Below, in pieces: positions 8,658-16,215 of a stretch of 32,000 nucleotides of DNA (positions are counted from its first letter, which is position 1; each line of letters opens with the position of its first letter). Source of the stretch: Erysipelotrichaceae bacterium. Its GTDB lineage: Bacteria > Bacillota_I > Bacilli_A > Erysipelotrichales > Erysipelotrichaceae. The translations under genes were made by a program, and so were the position numbers. The notes beneath the pieces were generated by a model. That model was not told the DNA's origin and made no database searches. It saw only the letters and a program-made list of their open reading frames with translations. Where the stretch lies: NCBI GenBank assembly GCA_030604855.1, contig JAUVVC010000005.1:60001-92000 (forward strand). The letters are read 5' to 3'.

Positions 8658-9525
8658 CTTGATTGTATGCATTCAAACCTAAAGCACAAGCGCCAAGCAA
8701 ACCTGCCGTATCGCCTAAACCTGGAGCTGTGATGTAATTTTCATCCATATTTAGAATGGAGGGGTGGACGATATATCCATTGAGTCTCTCTTTCACAACC
8801 AAACGAATCATGGGAAGCAATTGGCTTTGATGCATGACACCTCCACCCAAAAGAATGCGTTCCGGTGATAAGACACAGATCAAGGTACTCAAGGCTTCTC
8901 CGATCAATCGTGCTTCTTCTTTCCAAGCAGGATGATCTACTCCCAGCTCGCTAGCTTTCATTCCCCAGCGTTTCTCAAGTGCGGGACCACTGGCCAAACC
9001 TTCCCAACAGTTGTGATGGAAAGGGCAGACTCCATCCGAAACACTGAGTGCCGCAAGATGCATGTGCCCCATTTCGGGATGAACCAAACCATGAAGGCAT
9101 TGTTTATTGGAGACAAAACCACCTCCGATGCCTGTACCGATCGTGATGTACAAACAGGAGTTCACATTCTGTGCTTTGCCCCAAAGACTTTCACCCAGGG
9201 CAGCCCCATTTACGTCGGTATCGAAACCGATGGGGCCATCAAAGACTTCACGCATCGCCCCAAGGATATTGGTGTAAGCCCAGTTGGGTTTAGGCGTCGT
9301 GGTGATGTATCCATAATGTTCACTGTTCACATTTAAATCAATCGGCCCAAAGGATGCGATGCCAAGGGCATCCGGTTGATGTTTTACAATAAAGGCTTGG
9401 CACTGTTGAAGTGTTACTTCAGGTGTTGTGGTGGGGAAACTGACTTGTTCAATGAGTTTACCGTTTTCATCGGATATCCCACAAACGAACTTCGTTCCAC
9501 CCGCTTCGATTCCGCATAGTTTCAT
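8653..9525 (-). CDS. ROK-family fructokinase
   Basis: N-terminus MKLCGIEAGGTKFVCG, a ROK signature region, and the Zn-binding cluster HPEMGH...CPFHHNCWEG. At 290 aa it is typical of Gram-positive fructokinases. Confidence 0.8.
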   Translation of the reverse strand: MKLCGIEAGGTKFVCGISDENGKLIEQVSFPTTTPEVTLQQCQAFIVKHQPDALGIASFGPIDLNVNSEHYGYITTTPKPNWAYTNILGAMREVFDGPIGFDTDVNGAALGESLWGKAQNVNSCLYITIGTGIGGGFVSNKQCLHGLVHPEMGHMHLAALSVSDGVCPFHHNCWEGLASGPALEKRWGMKASELGVDHPAWKEEARLIGEALSTLICVLSPERILLGGGVMHQSQLLPMIRLVVKERLNGYIVHPSILNMDENYITAPGLGDTAGLLGACALGLNAYNQG

Positions 9526-9567
9526 GATGTGACCCTCTTTATTTTAGTTTAGCACAAGACACATCAA

Positions 9568-9596
9568 TTGACCGCAAATCATAACACGCTTACACT
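9568..9596 (+). promoter_or_regulatory. Candidate sigma-A promoter for the hydrolase gene
   Basis: TTGACC (9568-9573), 17-nt spacer, TACACT (9591-9596). Confidence 0.4.
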
Positions 9597-9618
9597 TAAT
9601 TAAAGTGAGGGTGTATCG

Positions 9619-10458
9619 ATGGAAAAAATCGTTCAATTTGATGATGTAAACTTGATGACTGAAAGCTTTGGAGACCCAAATAATCCCTGTCTGCTCTTGA
9701 TTATGGGGTCTGCCAGTTCACTTCTTTGGTGGGATGAGCGTTTATGTCAGATGTTTGTGGATAAAGGTTTCTATGTGATTCGCTATGATAATCGTGATAC
9801 CGGTTTGTCCAGCTGTTATCCGGTGGGACAACCCGCCTATGATTTTGAAACCATGAGTGATGATGCGATTGAGATTTTGAATGCATATAAAGTGGATAAA
9901 GCCATTCTATTTGGGATGTCCATGGGTGCGATGCTTGCACAGATGATCGCCCATAGCCACCCTGAACGTGTCGAAGCTCTGGTTCTGTACGCGGGAATGT
10001 ATTTTGGAGAAGGTGCGGATGCACTGCCTGTCTTCAGCGATGAAGTCAAAGCTTTCTTTGAACATTATGGCGACTATCAACCAGAGGGACATCAAGCTCA
10101 AGTCGATTATGCCTTCAAGCAATGGCAAGTCACCCATCAAAGTGAGCGGACGTATGACTTAGAACAGATTTATCGTATGATTCAAAAAGATGTGGAAAGG
10201 GCGATTGACTACAACGCAAAGCTCAATCATGCCTTTGCGCAGGTTTCAACGGATATCTTAAGCAAGCCGGAAAGGATTCAAGTCCCAAGTTTGATCATCC
10301 ATGGAACTGTTGATTCTGTGATTCCGATGGTACATGGAGAATACTTGGCTAAAACAATTCCTGATTCACGTTTTGTCCAACTCATAGGAGCAGGGCATGA
10401 GATACATCCCGATGATTATGATGTGATCGTTCAAGAAACGCTTCGATTATTGGACTAA
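9619..10458 (+). CDS. Alpha/beta-fold hydrolase
   Basis: Nucleophile elbow GMSMGA, acid HGTVDSVIP and histidine GAGHEIH in the expected order. The oxyanion region is LLIMGSASS. Confidence 0.8.
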   Translation: MEKIVQFDDVNLMTESFGDPNNPCLLLIMGSASSLLWWDERLCQMFVDKGFYVIRYDNRDTGLSSCYPVGQPAYDFETMSDDAIEILNAYKVDKAILFGMSMGAMLAQMIAHSHPERVEALVLYAGMYFGEGADALPVFSDEVKAFFEHYGDYQPEGHQAQVDYAFKQWQVTHQSERTYDLEQIYRMIQKDVERAIDYNAKLNHAFAQVSTDILSKPERIQVPSLIIHGTVDSVIPMVHGEYLAKTIPDSRFVQLIGAGHEIHPDDYDVIVQETLRLLD

Positions 10459-10482
10459 AAAAGCTTGGTGAACCAAGCTTTA
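10457..10482. terminator. Hairpin terminator between convergent genes (better T-run on the minus strand)
   Basis: aaagcttggt / accaagcttt forms a 10-bp stem with a very short loop. The minus-strand reading is followed by TTTTTT. Confidence 0.65.
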
Positions 10483-10487
10483 TATCA

Positions 10488-11165
10488 TTATTTGCTTTCT
10501 CTTCTGAAACACATGAACCAATCTAGGCAGTACTGATCGTCTGATTTGCTTTCCATGCGTTCCTTAGCGACACCACATGAACCCGCGGTCGGGATGATCA
10601 CATCTTCACCGGGTCTCCAGTCCGCAGGCGTGGCACAGGCATCCTTATCCGCTTTTTGTAGCGCCAAGATGATGCGTTTGATTTCGTCAAAGTTGCGACC
10701 TGTGGAAAGTGGGTAGTAGAGGATGGTGCGGATGATGCCTTTTGGATCGATGACAAAGACGGCACGAACCGCTTGGGTTGTGGATTGTGAAGGCTGGATC
10801 ATGCCATAAAGTTTGGAGACATCCATTTTGATGTCTTCAATCAACGGAAACTTGACTTCGACATTCTTGAAGTTTTTCCATTCGATTTCTTGAATGCGGC
10901 GCAACCAAGCGATGTGCGCATACAAGGAATCGACCGATAAACCGACCAATTCCGTATTCAGAGCCTTGAATTCATCCGCCATGGATGCGAAAGTCATGAA
11001 TTCAGTGGTACAAACCGGTGTGAAATCTGCAGGGTGGGAAAATAAGATGACCCATTTACCTTTGTAGTCTGCTGGGAAATTGATATCTCCCTGCGTAGTT
11101 TTCGCAGTAAAAGCCGGAGCTGCGTCCCCAATAAGCGGCATGCGATAGAACGTGTTTTCTTCCAT
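10488..11165 (-). CDS. Peroxiredoxin (Prx6-like / 1-Cys-type AhpC-TSA family)
   Basis: FSHPADFTPVCTTE peroxidatic Cys motif. The 225-aa protein has a Cys-containing C-terminal extension. SD AAAGGAGAA is upstream. Confidence 0.88.
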   Translation of the reverse strand: MEENTFYRMPLIGDAAPAFTAKTTQGDINFPADYKGKWVILFSHPADFTPVCTTEFMTFASMADEFKALNTELVGLSVDSLYAHIAWLRRIQEIEWKNFKNVEVKFPLIEDIKMDVSKLYGMIQPSQSTTQAVRAVFVIDPKGIIRTILYYPLSTGRNFDEIKRIILALQKADKDACATPADWRPGEDVIIPTAGSCGVAKERMESKSDDQYCLDWFMCFRRESK

Positions 11166-11185
11166 TATATTTGTTGTTCTCCTTT

Positions 11186-11202
11186 ATGATAATAATTATC
11201 AT
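11186..11202. promoter_or_regulatory. Fur-family operator (perfect 8-1-8 inverted repeat)
   Basis: ATGATAATaATTATCAT contains TGATAATnATTATCA, the 7-1-7 Fur-type consensus. It lies 8 nt downstream of the candidate prx -10, in the divergent prx/Fur-family intergenic region. Confidence 0.75.
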
Positions 11203-11209
11203 TACTAAT

Positions 11210-11238
11210 ATTATAGGGTACTTGTTAAAAAAATACAA
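11210..11238 (-). promoter_or_regulatory. Candidate peroxiredoxin promoter
   Basis: On the minus strand: TTGTAT (11238-11233), 17-nt spacer, TATAAT (11215-11210). Confidence 0.5.
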
Positions 11239-11241
11239 TGC

Positions 11242-11270
11242 TATACAAACGAACAAATTTGTTCTATAAT
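11242..11270 (+). promoter_or_regulatory. Candidate promoter of the Fur-family gene, with a palindrome in the spacer
   Basis: TATACA (11242-11247), 17-nt spacer, TATAAT (11265-11270). The spacer contains the perfect palindrome GAACAAATTTGTTC (11251-11264). Confidence 0.45.
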
Positions 11271-11291
11271 TTCTCATACAGGAGACATTTG

Positions 11292-11660
11292 ATGAAAAAT
11301 ACCCGCCAAAAAGAAATCATCCTCGATGCTGTTAACCACTTAGATAATCACCCGACTGCGGACGAAATATATCTCTTTTTAAAGAAGGATCATCCTCGTT
11401 TAAGCCTTGCGACAGTCTACCGTAATTTGAATCAATTTGCTTTGGAAGGAAAGATCCGCAAAGTGTCGGTACCTGGTGACAGTGATCGTTTTGATGCCGT
11501 TTTGGATGTGCATGAGCATTTCTATTGTGAGAAATGTGGCTTGATTCATGATGTGTCGATTCCTGGATTGGAAGCACAGTTGTTGAATCATCCTACCATG
11601 AAAATCACAGATTATAAGTTGATGTTGTTTGGAGAATGCGAGAGCTGCAGAGCACACTAA
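11292..11660 (+). CDS. Fur-family metalloregulator, PerR-like by context
   Basis: HPTADEIY helix, HEH metal-site residues, and structural Zn CEKC...CESC. The ATG at 11292 has SD AGGAGA, so the ORF-track start at 11238 is an upstream extension. It is divergent from the peroxiredoxin gene. Confidence 0.8.
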   Translation: MKNTRQKEIILDAVNHLDNHPTADEIYLFLKKDHPRLSLATVYRNLNQFALEGKIRKVSVPGDSDRFDAVLDVHEHFYCEKCGLIHDVSIPGLEAQLLNHPTMKITDYKLMLFGECESCRAH

Positions 11661-11683
11661 CAGGAAGTGATTCCTGTTTTTTT
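11660..11683 (+). terminator. Rho-independent terminator
   Basis: ACAGGAA-gtga-TTCCTGT followed by TTTTTT. Confidence 0.8.
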
Positions 11684-11783
11684 GTGTCTATTTGTTCAAA
11701 TCGTTTGTCGTAATCAACAGATGTTGGCACAGTGCTTTTAAATGCAAAACATTTGTGATTAGATAAGATAAAGAGGTAACACG

Positions 11784-12929
11784 ATGATCATTCAAAGCAC
11801 ACGCGTCTATTTGGAAGAACTCTGGGTTAGTGCCCAATTGGAAATCGAAAATGGCAAGATATTGACGATTTGGCCATACAATACAAAAACAGTGGATAAA
11901 GACTATGGTGATGCACGGATACTACCCGGGTTCATTGATACGCATTGTCATGGGGCTTTTGCCTTTGACACCAACGATGCGGATGAAGAAGGATTACGTC
12001 GCTGGGTGAAACAGATTCCGCAAGAAGGGGTCACGTCCATCTGCCCAACCACCATCACGCAAAGTGAAGAAGTGTTGGCGAAAGCACTGAAGAAAGTTGC
12101 GGAAGTGGCAGCGAAGAAACCAGAAGGTGCCAATATCGTTGGGATCCATTTGGAAGGACCTTATCTCTGTAGCTTGTACAAAGGTGCGCAACCTGAGAAG
12201 TACATCGTAATGCCGGATATCGATCAATTCAAACGTTATTATGATGCGTCTAAGGGTCTGCTTAAAATCATGACGATGGCTGTAGAAAATGATAAGAATT
12301 ATGACTTCATCAAAGAAGTCAAGAAAATGGGTGTCGCCATCAACATCGGTCATTCTGGAGCCACCTATGCGGAAAGTTTATTTGCACTTGCCAACGGAGC
12401 CAATGGCTTCACACATACCTTCAATGGCATGAGTCCCTTCAATCATCGTGAACCCAATCTTGCAGGTGCGGCCATGCAGATCCGGGATGGTTACGCAGAG
12501 ATCATCACCGATGGCATCCATGTCAGCTGGCCGGTCGTGAATCTCTTGTTTAGAGCCAAGGGGAAAGATCATGTGGTCATGATCACCGATGCCTTGCAAG
12601 CGAAAGGGGTTGGCGAAGGTCGCTATGTCTTTGGTGGTCAAGAAATCGACATCAAAGCCAATGGAGGAGCCTATTTAGCCAATTCAAACAGTTTGGCGGG
12701 CAGTACCTTGCGATTCAATCAAAGTTTGAAGAACGTGATCGAGCTTGCGAGTGTGGAAGAGGTCAGCGCCATCAATGCCTGTACGATCAACCCTGCGAAA
12801 GTCTTACATATGGATGATGTCAAAGGGCGTTTGCGCAGTGGTTACGATGCGGATATCGTGGTCTTGGATCGTGATTATGATGTACTTGAAACCTATGTCT
12901 TGGGTCAAAGTGTCTATTTAAAAAAATAA
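11784..12929 (+). CDS. nagA: N-acetylglucosamine/galactosamine-6-phosphate deacetylase (NagA/AgaA family)
   Basis: Motifs GFIDTHCHG, HLEGPY, GHSGA, HTFNGM and DGIH, 381 aa. SD AAGAGG is upstream. Confidence 0.9.
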   Translation: MIIQSTRVYLEELWVSAQLEIENGKILTIWPYNTKTVDKDYGDARILPGFIDTHCHGAFAFDTNDADEEGLRRWVKQIPQEGVTSICPTTITQSEEVLAKALKKVAEVAAKKPEGANIVGIHLEGPYLCSLYKGAQPEKYIVMPDIDQFKRYYDASKGLLKIMTMAVENDKNYDFIKEVKKMGVAINIGHSGATYAESLFALANGANGFTHTFNGMSPFNHREPNLAGAAMQIRDGYAEIITDGIHVSWPVVNLLFRAKGKDHVVMITDALQAKGVGEGRYVFGGQEIDIKANGGAYLANSNSLAGSTLRFNQSLKNVIELASVEEVSAINACTINPAKVLHMDDVKGRLRSGYDADIVVLDRDYDVLETYVLGQSVYLKK

Positions 12930-12945
12930 AGCATTTTTGCTTTAT
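12926..12945. terminator. Hairpin between convergent genes (T-run only on the minus-strand reading)
   Basis: ATAAAGC-attttt-GCTTTAT. The minus-strand reading is followed by TTTTTTT, which overlaps the nagA 3' end. Confidence 0.5.
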
Positions 12946-12974
12946 TGGATTAGCATCGAAAATTGAAGGATGAT

Positions 12975-13565
12975 TTAAGGGCGCAAGATGAATTTGATTT
13001 GCGCTCTTTTAAAGCGTTGGATGATTTGGCGCTCTTCTGAGAGTTTATAAGACTTGATGAAAATGTTCGAGAATGTCTCCCAAATGAACAACCAACCCCC
13101 TACAAACAATCCATCTTTGATGATTTGGGAGATAAAACTGGAAGCCTCATCGAATACGGTATAGAAGACAATGAAAAAGATGACACCAATGGAGAAGTAA
13201 CGTAAGGTTTCTTTCAAATCTTTGATTCGTTGACGTTTGATTTTACGAAGCATGTAGTCAAATTGATGATTCAAAGCACTGACCAACACTTTTTCCTTTT
13301 GATCATTCTGCAATGACTGAGGAATCGAGAATTCAAAGATCACATCCATATGAGGAGGAATATCTTCAATGGAATCCCAAATGAAGTCCAAGAACTCATC
13401 TTCAATATCTCGCATCTTAAAGGGAGAAGAGTCCCAGTCATCAAAGACATCATCGTATTTATCCAATGAAATTTGGATGATGATGCGACCTGTCTCTGGA
13501 TCTCTACGATAACTGTTAAGGGGAATACTTTTCTTAGTCAGATGTTTGATAAGGGATAGATTCAT
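12975..13565 (-). CDS. Hypothetical membrane protein (acidic N-terminal domain plus two C-terminal TM helices)
   Basis: A 196-aa ORF with hydrophobic segments YFSIGVIFFIVFYTVF and GLFVGGWLFIWETF. I recognise no family motif. Confidence 0.5.
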   Translation of the reverse strand: MNLSLIKHLTKKSIPLNSYRRDPETGRIIIQISLDKYDDVFDDWDSSPFKMRDIEDEFLDFIWDSIEDIPPHMDVIFEFSIPQSLQNDQKEKVLVSALNHQFDYMLRKIKRQRIKDLKETLRYFSIGVIFFIVFYTVFDEASSFISQIIKDGLFVGGWLFIWETFSNIFIKSYKLSEERQIIQRFKRAQIKFILRP

Positions 13566-13571
13566 AATTGA

Positions 13572-13580
13572 ATTATAGCA
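13572..13580 (-). promoter_or_regulatory. Extended -10 element abutting the start codon
   Basis: On the minus strand, TGcTATAAT is followed by 6 nt (tcaatt) and then the ATG at 13565. No SD is present. Confidence 0.4.
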
Positions 13581-13653
13581 TACTCAAAAAATAAGGATTT
13601 TCATAAAACATGATCACAATCGCCCATCGTACATGGATTATTTAACTATTACC

Positions 13654-13678
13654 AAAAAAGATCGCATGGCGATCTTTT
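13654..13678 (-). terminator. Rho-independent terminator of the 172-aa membrane protein gene
   Basis: On the minus strand: AAGATCGC-cat-GCGATCTT followed by TTTTTT. Confidence 0.8.
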
Positions 13679-14196
13679 CAACGTATTTTTTTTATGAACA
13701 AAAATAAATTTTGAATACCAGACACAACGGTGATACCGATCATGGCAACCAAGACCGCAAGACTGGGACCTGTGTTTTGTTGGTCCAAGATGGTCCAAGC
13801 AAGCAGAGCTGCGACTGCGAAATAACCAATGGTTTTGATCAAGAGCAGCGAGGTCTTCTGTTCATTCATGGCTTTTGAACGTGCATTCTGATGCGGTGTG
13901 AAAGGCGTTATCTTCTTATACTTCACCAACATCTTTTGACGATAGAACCATTCCAAGGACACAAACAACAAGACACTGACGGCAAATGCGTAGATAGGCG
14001 TTCCTTGAAACAGAGTGTAAAGGACGACACCGACTGCGATGGCGATCCAATGACGGTACGCCACGACTTCTGCCATTTTGATGTCTTTTTCAGGGATGAA
14101 GAAGGCGGTTCGTGTCTTTGCGTGATAGAAATAGGGATGATGATCTTTGTCGTAAAAGATGCCTAAGATGCGACGTTCGGGTGCATTGTTTTTCAT
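13678..14196 (-). CDS. Hypothetical membrane protein (about 4 TM helices)
   Basis: A 172-aa ORF with four hydrophobic segments. I recognise no family motif. Confidence 0.5.
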   Translation of the reverse strand: MKNNAPERRILGIFYDKDHHPYFYHAKTRTAFFIPEKDIKMAEVVAYRHWIAIAVGVVLYTLFQGTPIYAFAVSVLLFVSLEWFYRQKMLVKYKKITPFTPHQNARSKAMNEQKTSLLLIKTIGYFAVAALLAWTILDQQNTGPSLAVLVAMIGITVVSGIQNLFLFIKKIR

Positions 14197-14202
14197 GCTT
14201 TC

Positions 14203-14230
14203 ATTATAACGGAGAAATGAGTCAAGCCAA
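14203..14230 (-). promoter_or_regulatory. Candidate promoter abutting the start codon
   Basis: On the minus strand: TTGGCT (14230-14225), 16-nt spacer, TATAAT (14208-14203), then 6 nt (gaaagc) and the ATG at 14196. No SD is present. Confidence 0.4.
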
Positions 14231-14328
14231 GACGGTATTGTAAAAAATGGTGATAAGGATAAAGAATGAAACTAAAAAGATAAACACTAAGCATGAGGGC
14301 TTGACTATAATGAAGATGAAGAAAGTGG

Positions 14329-15495
14329 GTGACCCTTATGATACTCCAATTGAATGAAAACGATCTACGTAAACAAAACGCCTATGAAACTGCGCGTGAA
14401 ATAACGCACCAACCCTCCATGTGGCTAAAAACATGGACATTGATCAAAAACCAGAAACAGGCCATACAATCTTTCCTGCAAGGTTTAGGACAGGACTATG
14501 ATGTTGTCTTTCTCGGGGCAGGAACCAGCGAATACGTTGGGAATGTCTTGGAACCTTACTTTAACAAACCCATGAATTTCAGATTGCGAAGCGTGCCATC
14601 AACGGACATGATCACACAACCCGATCGCTATGTCCATCCCACGCGACCAACCCTATGCATCTCATACGGACGCAGTGGCAACTCACCGGAATCGGTGGGA
14701 TCGGTCTTGGCTGCCAATACGGTCAATGACACGATTCATCATCTCTTCATTACTTGTAATAAAACCGGTGCTTTGGCTGAACTTGCCAAGACACAGAAAA
14801 ATACCTATGCCTTGATTCTGCCGGATGAGACCAATGATCTCGGCTTTGCGATGACATCCAGTTTCACCAGCATGACGCTGGCGACGATCCTGGTGTTCAA
14901 ACTCAACCACTTGGATGAAACATTGGAAGATGTGGAGAAGTTGGCTAAAGCCGTGGGGCGTGTGATTGAAGATGAAGCTGCTGGTTTACTCAATTTCATT
15001 CAAAGTTTCGATTTTGAACGCATCATTTACTTGGGATCCAATCTCTTGAAAGGCATCGCACAAGAAAGTGCCTTGAAAGTATTAGAGTTGACTGCTGGGA
15101 ATGTGGCGACCTTGTTTGATACCCCAACCGGATTCAGACATGGACCGAAGTCCTTCATTGATGCGAAGAGTCTGATCGTCGTCTATTTGAGTGACGATCC
15201 ACTCACACGACGTTATGAAGTGGATCTTCTCAAAGAATTGGATGCACAAAAGAAGGGCTATAAGGTTCTTGTGGTGCATCATGAAGATGCCAATGTGCCT
15301 TGTGACTATAAAGTGAGTTTGAACTACGATGGTTTGAGCATGGACTATGTGGCACTTAAAGCGATTGTCATCGCTCATCTGATTGGATTCTATAAATCGT
15401 ATACATCCGGAATCACAACGGACAATCCATGTCCAACCGGTGAAGTGAATCGAGTCGTAACGGGTGTGACCATTTATCCCGTGAAGGAGAACTAA
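14329..15495 (+). CDS. agaS: Galactosamine-6-phosphate deaminase/isomerase (AgaS, double SIS domain)
   Basis: 388 aa. It has the N-terminal TAREITHQPSMW motif typical of AgaS and SIS GxGTSxY (LGAGTSEYVG). The ORF-track start is a GTG at 14329, and the ATG at 14338 is an equally plausible start. Confidence 0.85.
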   Translation: MTLMILQLNENDLRKQNAYETAREITHQPSMWLKTWTLIKNQKQAIQSFLQGLGQDYDVVFLGAGTSEYVGNVLEPYFNKPMNFRLRSVPSTDMITQPDRYVHPTRPTLCISYGRSGNSPESVGSVLAANTVNDTIHHLFITCNKTGALAELAKTQKNTYALILPDETNDLGFAMTSSFTSMTLATILVFKLNHLDETLEDVEKLAKAVGRVIEDEAAGLLNFIQSFDFERIIYLGSNLLKGIAQESALKVLELTAGNVATLFDTPTGFRHGPKSFIDAKSLIVVYLSDDPLTRRYEVDLLKELDAQKKGYKVLVVHHEDANVPCDYKVSLNYDGLSMDYVALKAIVIAHLIGFYKSYTSGITTDNPCPTGEVNRVVTGVTIYPVKEN

Positions 15496-15496
15496 A

Positions 15497-15931
15497 ATGA
15501 TTGGTGTGATTTTAAGTGGGCATGGTCGTTTTGCGGAAGGCATGCTCAGCAGTTTGGAAATGATCGCAGGTAAGAGTGAAGCAGTCGAAGCGATCAACTT
15601 TTTGGAAAGTGACAGCACGGAAGATCTCGAAGCAAAGATGCGCAAAATCATTCAAGACTATAATGCGAAGTATGACGGTGTCTTGGTGTGCTGCGATCTT
15701 TTGGGGGGTTCTCCCTTCAAGAGTGCCGCAACCGTTTCCGTGCAAGAAGCGAATGTCAGTGTCGTGGCAGGTATCAATCTTGCGTCCTGCTTGGAACTTT
15801 TATTCATGCGTATGAGCAGCACAGATGCGAATGAGCTGGCGGATGCCTTGATCAATGCGGATGCGAATCGTCTGCTTAAATTCAGTCTGCCTGCAAAAAA
15901 GGTAGAAATTGAAAGTGAGGAGGGCATTTAA
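15497..15931 (+). CDS. PTS mannose/sorbose-family EIIA component
   Basis: MIGVILSGHGRFAEG with the conserved phosphorylatable His, 144 aa. Confidence 0.88.
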   Translation: MIGVILSGHGRFAEGMLSSLEMIAGKSEAVEAINFLESDSTEDLEAKMRKIIQDYNAKYDGVLVCCDLLGGSPFKSAATVSVQEANVSVVAGINLASCLELLFMRMSSTDANELADALINADANRLLKFSLPAKKVEIESEEGI

Positions 15932-16215
15932 TGGATTTGAAACTGTTCTTTGATGTCAGTCTGATCCTTGCGATCAATGCGGCGATTCTCTTTGCGATTT
16001 ATATGTTGATCAGTTTCTTGCGTTTAAAGAAGCGTAAACAACCCTTTGAAGAGCTTCACCAAAAACTCAGCGTTGGAAACAACGTGCTGCTTGCCAGTGG
16101 TTTGTACGGTAAGGTCACGGATATCAAGAATGATGTGGTCATGGTTGAAATCGCTCCGAAGATCAATGTGAAGGTGTCGCGTTTTGCGATACAAACCATC
16201 GTGGAGGATCAATAA
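15931..16215 (+). CDS. yajC: YajC-family small membrane protein
   Basis: One TM helix, then a KRKQ...L.VGN.V....GLYGKV..I.....V.VEIAP...VKV...AI pattern typical of YajC. TAATG overlaps link it to both neighbours. Confidence 0.75.
   Translation: MDLKLFFDVSLILAINAAILFAIYMLISFLRLKKRKQPFEELHQKLSVGNNVLLASGLYGKVTDIKNDVVMVEIAPKINVKVSRFAIQTIVEDQ

Noticed and set aside
11697-11707. CAAATCGTTTG, a half cre-like palindrome upstream of nagA.
   Set aside because: Only the left half fits TGWAANCG and the right half has three mismatches, which is too weak to call.
11724-11740. A sigma-54-like element, TTGGCAC-agtgc-TTTTA, lies upstream of nagA. Man-family PTS loci are often sigma-54/LevR controlled.
   Set aside because: The -12 element lacks the conserved GC (TTTT instead of TTGC). 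No enhancer-binding protein is encoded here, and the locus has an AraC regulator instead. It is probably a chance -24 match.
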